DNA of 54,963 bases from a virus (lineage: Duplodnaviria > Caudoviricetes): IMG/VR virus record IMGVR_UViG_3300046009_012335, positions 1-54,963 of that record; one strand, 5' to 3'. Below the pieces are notes generated by a model. It saw only the letters and a program-made list of their open reading frames with translations, searched no databases and was not told where the DNA came from. Position 1 is the first letter of the stretch. Every line of letters starts with the position of its first letter. This document shows positions 49,457 to 54,963 of the stretch, one piece after another. A program made the position numbers and the translations under genes.

Positions 49457-50853
49457 GCTTTTTGTATAGCATTAAAGCTTGCAAAAACAGTTGCACTAGC
49501 TCCTAATCCCATACCAGCAACTACTAAGGTATCCGGGTCACTATTAATCTTCGTACCAAACCTTCCAAATAGTGAAGTAATTTCTACTCCCCCGGTACCA
49601 GCTGCTGTCCCCTGACTTTTCGGCACATATCCAGAGTATAAACTAAAACCTCCACTTAAGGTAATAGTGTTACTACCAATAGCAAATTGCAAATAAGAAT
49701 TCTCAATATTTTGCCAATTTAAAGATGTGTTAAAAGAAGGATTTCTGTACACTTTGTAAAGAATATTGGTAGTGTTATCTGTATTATATAGATCAAACGT
49801 TTTACCTAAAAACGCCAAATTGGAAAATTGAGGGTTAACTCTTACAGCTAATATTGGCGTCATTATGTTGTTTTGCACTGTAACCGCTGACGACAAAGAA
49901 GCAGTAACTGCTACACCAAGCACCTCTTCTGTACCCTCTTCAACAACTGAAGCACAAATTTGTTTTAAGGTACCTGACCCAGCTCCAGATTGTCTTATTT
50001 CATATCTCACCGGCTGGTTAGGTGATGTCATATACGGAGCTTGTAAAGCATTAAAATTTGTTACCTGGTGAGCGTAATATAATTTTCCTTGTAAAAAGAA
50101 ACCAAATCTTACTCTTCCTAACCCTAACCATTCAAAGTCAATAGCAAGGATTTGTCCTTTAGTAAAATCGATAGATAAACCAGACGCTCCGGTACCATCT
50201 AACTTATCTATATTCCACGCTGATTGTGGTACGGTAAGAGAATTTAAAGTGCCTTGAGTTTTTACAACATTAAAGCTAGGACCGTTTGATCCTATTTCAA
50301 GATACAAACCGTCTGTTGGAGTGTATGGTGCTGCTGATAAACTTTGAAATGACCCTATTCTTTTTATTATGTTTGTTTCCGGTGCTGCTACAAACGTATA
50401 AACACAAAACATACTTTTACCAGGTTGATAATTAAAACGTGATGTAGTTTGTCTTATTACAAATCCTCCATCACCGGATGTAGACATAGTTATTAAACTA
50501 TCATTCGGTACAAAAGTACTGGTACCGATACTCATTACTTCATCGTAGAATTGAGGTTGCTTATCATATAAGAACTTACCATCAAATAAAGTGATAGGTA
50601 AACCAACTCTCAATCTACCAAATGCATCAGATGATGCATTGTCTCCAAACGGCGATGAATTTGTATCCTGGGCTCCGACGTCATATGTTAAAACAGCTTT
50701 CTTAGAATAAATGTTTGTCTGTGACGTATTACCATCATAACTCTGAATTACAGACGTTACTGGGGGGAATCTAGAATCATTTAATATTTCAACAAATTTG
50801 TTGTATTCTAAATCTCTGATATTACTTGAAACTAAATTAGAGTTAATGGACAT
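49453..50853 (-). CDS. Late (probably virion) protein with beta-sandwich core
   Basis: DAFGRLRVG.P.TLFD, YQPGKS, WNIDKLDGTG.SG, DFEWLGLGRVRFG; late promoter 50861-50866. Confidence 0.7.
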   Translation of the reverse strand: MSINSNLVSSNIRDLEYNKFVEILNDSRFPPVTSVIQSYDGNTSQTNIYSKKAVLTYDVGAQDTNSSPFGDNASSDAFGRLRVGLPITLFDGKFLYDKQPQFYDEVMSIGTSTFVPNDSLITMSTSGDGGFVIRQTTSRFNYQPGKSMFCVYTFVAAPETNIIKRIGSFQSLSAAPYTPTDGLYLEIGSNGPSFNVVKTQGTLNSLTVPQSAWNIDKLDGTGASGLSIDFTKGQILAIDFEWLGLGRVRFGFFLQGKLYYAHQVTNFNALQAPYMTSPNQPVRYEIRQSGAGSGTLKQICASVVEEGTEEVLGVAVTASLSSAVTVQNNIMTPILAVRVNPQFSNLAFLGKTFDLYNTDNTTNILYKVYRNPSFNTSLNWQNIENSYLQFAIGSNTITLSGGFSLYSGYVPKSQGTAAGTGGVEITSLFGRFGTKINSDPDTLVVAGMGLGASATVFASFNAIQKA

Positions 50854-50866
50854 GTTAAAGTATTTA

Positions 50867-51055
50867 TTAGCAATGGTAGTTAATGTAGCGTTGAGCTTGT
50901 TTTTTGGTAAGTGTATTTTTTGAGCTCTTCATAGCTCTTGCTTTACTACAAGTAATTTTACCTTTACCAAAACGCTTGGTAACCAATCTTTTGAGCCGTC
51001 CTGGATGACGAGCTTTATGATCTGCTTTTTCGAAAAATAATAAAAACGTTTCCAT
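50867..51055 (-). CDS. Small basic protein, candidate internal head protein
   Basis: METFLLFFE N-terminus, K/R-rich, TAATG-coupled to the upstream late gene. Confidence 0.55.
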   Translation of the reverse strand: METFLLFFEKADHKARHPGRLKRLVTKRFGKGKITCSKARAMKSSKNTLTKKQAQRYINYHC

Positions 51056-51375
51056 TAGTAAACTGTGAGAGGGAAGCTAGAGAAGAATTGAGTACGGTAT
51101 GTAATATTACCGGAACCAGCAGAAACTAATGCACTTAAAGTATTGCTATTTGTAATACCTCTAATAGTTACTTCATTTCCAGGGAACAATGCAAAGTAAT
51201 TATTTCCACTTAATTGTGGTACGGGAGTGCTTTGTGCGTCAAAAATATAAACCGGCTGCGTACCATGATTATAGAAATAAACCTCTGAACAAGAATATGC
51301 TGATAATGGTCTTAAAATTGTAGTCACTACATCAGTAACAGAGAAACAAAGGTTTAAATTGGTAAAATTAGCCAT
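51055..51375 (-). CDS. Small late protein; start revised to ATG 51375
   Basis: TAAATA (51381-51386)-N5-ATG giving MANFTNLNL. Confidence 0.7.
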   Translation of the reverse strand: MANFTNLNLCFSVTDVVTTILRPLSAYSCSEVYFYNHGTQPVYIFDAQSTPVPQLSGNNYFALFPGNEVTIRGITNSNTLSALVSAGSGNITYRTQFFSSFPLTVY

Positions 51376-51408
51376 ACAATTATTTATGAAAAAACAAGTT
51401 GAAACATA

Positions 51409-51424
51409 GGAACAGTGATATATT
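51409..51424 (+). promoter_or_regulatory. GGAAC-N5-TATATT promoter
   Basis: Upstream of ATG 51433; TTGAAA further upstream. Confidence 0.6.
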
Positions 51425-51432
51425 ATTAAGGT

Positions 51433-51657
51433 ATGAAGAATCCTAACCAAACTTGGAATAAGTACCTGAAGAATAAGAACGTTCGCCCGAAGGTTTTTCG
51501 TGCTACGATCGTTCGTAATGAAGATGGTACCTTCCAGCTTCTCGGCAACGAGACGCGTATGCTTAACGTCATCAACCAGTACTCCGATAAGTGGGTATCT
51601 GTTGATACCCGTGATTTTGCTGCTACGTTGAATCGTAGCAAGATCAAGGCTCTGTAA
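51433..51657 (+). CDS. Small basic hypothetical protein (74 aa)
   Basis: Own promoter and terminator; many AAC/ATC/CGT/AAG codons suggest high expression. Confidence 0.8.
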   Translation: MKNPNQTWNKYLKNKNVRPKVFRATIVRNEDGTFQLLGNETRMLNVINQYSDKWVSVDTRDFAATLNRSKIKAL

Positions 51658-51680
51658 GCTAGGCGTAAATTCAAACTACA

Positions 51681-51710
51681 AGCCTAGGTTAATAGCCTAG
51701 GCTTTTTTTT
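51681..51710 (+). terminator. Rho-independent terminator (with competing antiterminator arm at 51655-51664)
   Basis: AGCCTAGG-TTAATAG-CCTAGGCT followed by T run. Confidence 0.9.
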
Positions 51711-52346
51711 ATGATAGTAGTAGCACCAGAACAAAAAACAAGTCTTCTTATTAATAGATTGTATCAACCTTTCAGCTTTTGCACAGCAAGAGCTGCTATC
51801 AGGCATTTGATGTCTGAAAAGGTTAAAGGTATTGATGCAATGGGTAATGTTGTGTCTTGGTCCGGAGCTGATATGGCTAATGTAAGCTCACTGAGATGGT
51901 TTAATAATGAAGTGAACTTGTATGAAGATCAACCTTGCCTACGTAGTGCACCGGATGCTACAACCGGATATGAAAAACGCTGGGCTATTCCAACGATTTT
52001 AGTTTGCAATCATTCTTTCGGTATTCATAAGAGAAGAGGAGAGAATTGTTCTTTGAAGACCATTTATAATGTATACAAAGGAGTATGTCAGTACTGCTAT
52101 GAAAAGATACCTTATATTAGAGCAACAAAAGATCATGTAATGCCTAAGAGTTTAGGTGGATCTAATGATGACTTTAATATAGTTCTTGCATGCAGAGAGT
52201 GTAATAATAAGAAGAATAACATTTTCCCATTTCTTGATATTCATGGAAAAGAGGTAAAACCTCGTAATATCCATTTGCGCAACATAGTTCCTGAGAATGT
52301 TAAGATGAGAGAAGAGTGGAAACCTTTTTTCTTTTGGGAACATTGA
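51711..52346 (+). CDS. HNH endonuclease (tRNA-array-associated type)
   Basis: LLINRLYQP N-terminus, CQYC, TKDHVMPKSLGG, NIVLACRECNNKK. Confidence 0.92.
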   Translation: MIVVAPEQKTSLLINRLYQPFSFCTARAAIRHLMSEKVKGIDAMGNVVSWSGADMANVSSLRWFNNEVNLYEDQPCLRSAPDATTGYEKRWAIPTILVCNHSFGIHKRRGENCSLKTIYNVYKGVCQYCYEKIPYIRATKDHVMPKSLGGSNDDFNIVLACRECNNKKNNIFPFLDIHGKEVKPRNIHLRNIVPENVKMREEWKPFFFWEH

Positions 52347-52370
52347 TATAATGGTGAAGTTCATTAAATA
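52337..52370 (+). promoter_or_regulatory. Tandem GGAAC-N5-TATAAT and late TAAATA promoters for leader peptide / tRNA array
   Basis: GGAAC 52337-52341, TATAAT 52347-52352, TAAATA 52365-52370, ATG 52377. Confidence 0.65.
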
Positions 52371-52376
52371 ATTTAG

Positions 52377-52466
52377 ATGCAGGAAAGATCCAAACAGACG
52401 TTGATTAGCTGGTGTATTGATAATAATATGTCAATAACAGCACGCTATCCATTGTCTATGGGTTAG
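52377..52466 (+). CDS. Putative 29-aa leader (attenuator) peptide MQERSKQTLISWCIDNNMSITARYPLSMG
   Basis: Below the ORF-track cutoff; TAAATA-N6-ATG like other genes; stop codon lies in an antiterminator arm. Confidence 0.65.
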   Translation: MQERSKQTLISWCIDNNMSITARYPLSMG

Positions 52467-52492
52467 AGTAAATTCAAATCTTTGAAAACTTT

Positions 52493-52522
52493 AACCCTAA
52501 GCCTTGAAAGCTTAGGGTTTTT
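52493..52522 (+). terminator. Rho-independent terminator (attenuator 3:4 hairpin)
   Basis: AACCCTAAGC-CTTGAAA-GCTTAGGGTT followed by TTT. Confidence 0.88.
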
Positions 52523-52533
52523 AATTGATGCCA

Positions 52534-52748
52534 GGCTAGTGCTATAACTAGCCCAAACGTCCGACAAAGGGTATCCAAACCGGTGAATAAAAAGCCGAGA
52601 GGGGTAAAACCAACAAGTTCTTTGTTTGTTAGACTGGCCTTGGACGGTCTTTAAACTAAGCCAAGATTATCTGCGAAAGTCCGCAAAAGTGCCAGTGGGT
52701 CCAACCCATAACGGTGTAGACTTGACAAGGACGGAGAGACGTCCGCCA
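52534..52748 (+). ncRNA. Structured non-coding RNA region of unknown class
   Basis: GC-richer, multiple stems, boxA-like GTTCTTTG, ends GGACG-N6-CGTCC-GCCA. Confidence 0.55.
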
Positions 52749-52754
52749 ATTTTT

Positions 52755-52833
52755 GGATGGTGAGCTAGTCTGGTGATTTCAGCGCACGCCTGAAGAGCGT
52801 GATAACTTGGTTCAATTCCAAGACCATCCACCA
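52755..52833 (+). tRNA. tRNA-Phe (GAA)
   Basis: GGATGGT/ACCATCC, CACGC-CTGAAGA-GCGTG, CCA. Confidence 0.93.
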
Positions 52834-52846
52834 TAAATAAAATGAC

Positions 52847-53620
52847 ATGGCTAATTGTATTATTATAAATGGCGGTAATGGATTGTTTTTAGTTACTGCT
52901 AACGACGGTTTAGGTAAAGTTGTAAGTGAAACTAAACAATGGGAGCCATGGTTTAATATAATAGCTAAACTAACTGTATTGCCTGGTGATGCAGTAATTG
53001 ATTGCGGTGCTAACTTCGGTTATCATTCTATTACATTAGCCAATCTTATAGGGCCGCAAGGTAAGTTAGTTACGATAGAGCCTTTAAGACAAGTTTATCA
53101 ACAGCTTTGCGGTAATATGTTTCTAAACAATATTAGAAACGCTTGGTGCTTAAACAATGCTGTAGGTGATGAATTTAAAACTGTAGAAATGCTTCCGATT
53201 GATTTAGATGATAATAGCACAACTAACATTGGAGCAACGAGAGTAGGTGATGGTGGCGATAAAGTAAAAATGATTACTTTAGATAGTTTATTAGAAGATG
53301 GTCTATTTGAAGATAAAAGAGTTTCATTTATAAAGTTAGATGTGCAGGGTCATGAGATAAAAACGCTATTAGGTGCATCTAAGTTGATAGATAAATGTAG
53401 ACCAGTGATGATGATTGAAAATGAATATTGGTATTTGGAAGTTTACGGAGGTAATTCGCAAATGCTATATGATACACTTTTAAGTAGGAACTACAGTATA
53501 ATTAAAAACAATAATATTGTAGACATATTTGCAATACCTAATGAAAAGAGTCATTTGATTCCTACATTATTGCAAAGTTTTGAAGCAATAGGATTACAGA
53601 ATTTAGAAGTTTTAAGATAA
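52847..53620 (+). CDS. FkbM-family SAM-dependent methyltransferase
   Basis: IDCGANFGYHS, IEP, NAVG, TLDS, FIKLDVQGHE..L.GA...I...RP. Confidence 0.9.
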   Translation: MANCIIINGGNGLFLVTANDGLGKVVSETKQWEPWFNIIAKLTVLPGDAVIDCGANFGYHSITLANLIGPQGKLVTIEPLRQVYQQLCGNMFLNNIRNAWCLNNAVGDEFKTVEMLPIDLDDNSTTNIGATRVGDGGDKVKMITLDSLLEDGLFEDKRVSFIKLDVQGHEIKTLLGASKLIDKCRPVMMIENEYWYLEVYGGNSQMLYDTLLSRNYSIIKNNNIVDIFAIPNEKSHLIPTLLQSFEAIGLQNLEVLR

Positions 53621-53623
53621 TTT

Positions 53624-53698
53624 GCCCTTGTAGCACAGCGGTAGTGCAACAGTTTTGTAAACTGTAGGTCGTCGGTTCAAATCCGACCGGGGGCTCCA
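53624..53698 (+). tRNA. tRNA-Thr (TGT)
   Basis: Cloverleaf, ACAGT-TTTGTAA-ACTGT, CCA. Confidence 0.95.
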
Positions 53699-53701
53699 TT
53701 T

Positions 53702-53780
53702 CCGGCCGAGACAATCGGACCCGGCGCGGTAGGTTCACCATGGTTCCGTGTTAACAAGATCCTTAAAACTGTGGTACTAA
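53702..53780 (+). ncRNA. Hairpin plus H-type pseudoknot RNA candidate
   Basis: GCGCGG/CCGTGT stem whose loop ACCATGGTT pairs with downstream AACTGTGGT. Confidence 0.4.
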
Positions 53781-53813
53781 TTTATTTTGGTCAGTCTAAT
53801 TACCTGATCAAAA

Positions 53814-53891
53814 GTCCATTCGTGATGTCGCTGGTAAGCCGGTTCAGTTGACTAAGGAATCGGTTACAGGTTCGAAGCCTGTCGGATGGAC
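53814..53891 (+). ncRNA. tRNA-like RNA (9-bp acceptor-like stem, canonical T arm, abnormal anticodon arm, no CCA)
   Basis: GTCCATTCG/CGGATGGAC; ACAGG-TTCGAAG-CCTGT; CCGGTTC-N11-GAATCGG. Confidence 0.6.
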
Positions 53892-53903
53892 GTTAATTTT
53901 TAT

Positions 53904-54035
53904 CTCCGAGAGAGTGCGGGTGAACGCCTCTGTTAGTGGTAGAACTTCAATGATGCTAACAGGTATAAGCTACATAGAGTAAGGAATTGAAGCCTGAAAG
54001 TGTTATAGCAGCTTAATCAGCTGCCTCGGAGTCCA
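53904..54035 (+). ncRNA. 132-nt tRNA-like RNA with CCA end and predicted kissing loops
   Basis: CTCCGAG/CTCGGAG-T-CCA; GCAGC-TTAATCA-GCTGC; loop CTTCAAT complementary to loop ATTGAAG. Confidence 0.7.
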
Positions 54036-54043
54036 ATTTTTAC

Positions 54044-54134
54044 GGTAGAGTGGCTGAGTGGCTTAAGGCAGCGCTCTTGAAAAGCGAAGGTCGCTAATAA
54101 CGGCCCGTAGGTTCAAATCCTACCTCTACCGCCA
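54044..54134 (+). tRNA. tRNA-Ser (TGA)
   Basis: GGTAGAG/CTCTACC, CTTGAAA loop, long variable arm, G73-CCA. Confidence 0.95.
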
Positions 54135-54140
54135 TTTTAC

Positions 54141-54225
54141 GGGTTAGTCGCATAGCGGCAATTGCAGGAGACTGTAAATCTCCCGGCTCCGGCCTCCCTT
54201 GGTTCGAGTCCAAGCTAGCCCACCA
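54141..54225 (+). tRNA. tRNA-Tyr (GTA)
   Basis: GGAGA-CTGTAAA-TCTCC, variable arm, CCA. Confidence 0.95.
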
Positions 54226-54289
54226 TTTAACAGTACAGGGAAGTTACGGGACCGAGAGCTTGTATCTCTTTGAAGTCTCAGCAATTTTT

Positions 54290-54364
54290 ACGGACGTGGT
54301 ATAGTGGTTGTGCAGCAGTCTCCAAAACTGCCTCATGGGAGTTCGATTCTCTCCGTCCGTGCCA
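54290..54364 (+). tRNA. tRNA-Trp (CCA)
   Basis: ACGGACG/CGTCCGT, GCAGT-CTCCAAA-ACTGC, G73-CCA. Confidence 0.93.
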
Positions 54365-54368
54365 ATTT

Positions 54369-54432
54369 TTACTGGCTGTGCCTTTTTAGAAAAGAGGCTC
54401 GGGCTGCACGGTGAATGCAGACGGACCAGTAA
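54369..54432 (+). ncRNA. Small three-way-junction RNA candidate
   Basis: TTACTGG/CCAGTAA closing stem with GCCTTTT/AAGAGGC and CTGCA/TGCAG hairpins. Confidence 0.5.
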
Positions 54433-54442
54433 TTCATTTTAT

Positions 54443-54518
54443 GGGGTGGTAGCATAATGGTAAATGCAACGGCTTGTCACGCCGTAGACTGGGAGTTCGA
54501 CCCTCCTCCATCCCGCCA
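54443..54518 (+). tRNA. tRNA-Asp (GTC)
   Basis: ACGGC-TTGTCAC-GCCGT, G73-CCA. Confidence 0.94.
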
Positions 54519-54524
54519 TTTTTA

Positions 54525-54607
54525 GGGCATGTGGCGTAACGGCAGCCGCGAAGGTCTTAGAAGCCTTTGTCAATGACGTGTAGGTTCGAATCCTATCATG
54601 CCCACCA
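54525..54607 (+). tRNA. tRNA-Leu (TAG)
   Basis: GGGCATG/CATGCCC, AAGGT-CTTAGAA-GCCTT, variable arm, CCA. Confidence 0.95.
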
Positions 54608-54611
54608 ATTT

Positions 54612-54686
54612 AGGTCTATGGTGAAACGTATATCACGCAACGCTACGGACGTTGTATTATAGGTTAGATTCCTATTAGACCTACCA
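54612..54686 (+). tRNA. tRNA-Arg (ACG)
   Basis: AGGTCTA/TAGACCT, CAACG-CTACGGA-CGTTG, atypical T-loop TTAGATT, CCA. Confidence 0.9.
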
Positions 54687-54687
54687 T

Positions 54688-54778
54688 GGAAGACAAAGTG
54701 ATTAGGAATCACACCTGTTTGCTAAACAGAGGGATGGGTATAAAGCCTGTTGCGTTTCGAGTACGCTGTCTTCCGCCA
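54688..54778 (+). tRNA. tRNA-Ser (GCT), 8/4 cloverleaf
   Basis: GGAAGACA/TGTCTTCC 8-bp acceptor, GCGT/ACGC 4-bp T stem, long variable arm, G73-CCA. Confidence 0.88.
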
Positions 54779-54779
54779 T

Positions 54780-54857
54780 AGTGCTCTAGCTCAATTGGTT
54801 TAGAGCATTCGATTGATAATCGAAAGGTTTCCGGTTCAATCCCGGAGAGCACTACCA
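54780..54857 (+). tRNA. tRNA-Ile (GAT)
   Basis: AGTGCTC/GAGCACT, TTCGA-TTGATAA-TCGAA, CCA. Confidence 0.95.
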
Positions 54858-54862
54858 TTTTT

Positions 54863-54937
54863 GCACGTATAGCCAAACGGCCAGGCAAGAGTCTGCAAAA
54901 CTCTCACATATCAGTTCGAGTCTGATTACGTGCTCCA
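54863..54937 (+). tRNA. tRNA-Cys (GCA)
   Basis: GCACGTA/TACGTGC, AGAGT-CTGCAAA-ACTCT, U73-CCA. Confidence 0.95.
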
Positions 54938-54938
54938 A

Positions 54939-54963
54939 TTTGCAGTAGTGTAGCGGTAACACC
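54939..54963 (+). tRNA. 5' part of a further tRNA, truncated by the window edge (identity not visible)
   Basis: TA-GTGT-AGCGGTA-ACAC D arm. Confidence 0.7.

Noticed and set aside
51376-51674. Extension of the 51055 ORF to 51450 and antisense ORF 51426-51674
   Set aside because: Overlap divergent promoters and the better-supported + strand 74-aa gene
52673-52696. GAAAGTCC and AAAGTGCCA resemble RNase P RNA conserved segments
   Set aside because: Motifs are adjacent rather than properly spaced, and the P4 3' strand and overall length are missing
53904-54035. tmRNA
   Set aside because: No G3-U70 alanine identity, U discriminator, too short, no tag reading frame
53699-54440. Theta (HDV-like) or hammerhead ribozymes in tRNA trailers
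   Set aside because: Could not find the HDV nested double pseudoknot or the CUGANGA/GAAA core by eye; a descriptor search would be needed to exclude them
1-54963. Stop-codon reassignment
   Set aside because: Genes are full length in the standard code, TAA/TAG/TGA all end genes, and no suppressor tRNA (CTA/TCA/TTA anticodon) is seen

Overview
55-kb fragment of a large, AT-rich, T4-like myophage genome (standard genetic code). 1-17.3 kb: tail and baseplate morphogenesis (gp3-, gp18-, gp19-, gp54/48-, gp26-, tape-measure-, gp53-, gp27-, gp25-, gp6-like), interrupted by a small-terminase candidate, dUTPase and a clamp-loader subunit. 17.5-46.5 kb: large virion/fibre genes, including three mucin-like Ser/Thr/Pro-stalk proteins, two of them beside a GT25-like glycosyltransferase and a sulfotransferase-TPR-glycosyltransferase fusion, plus GMP reductase and a PD-(D/E)XK nuclease. 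46.6-52.3 kb: small early/middle genes, a RadA-like ATPase and an HNH nuclease. 52.4-55 kb: a tRNA array with interspersed structured and tRNA-like ncRNAs. Most notable: (i) an unannotated 29-aa leader peptide with a trp-like 1:2/2:3/3:4 attenuator in front of the ncRNA/tRNA array, with a second similar switch before the HNH gene sharing an identical 11-mer; (ii) a candidate virion glycosylation/sulfation system (mucin-like modular fibres, modifying enzymes, and an LS[A/G] motif enriched in virion proteins); (iii) several non-canonical tRNA-like RNAs; (iv) two promoter classes predicting leaderless mRNAs. All calls are by eye from motifs, pairing and gene order; no searches or folding programs were run.
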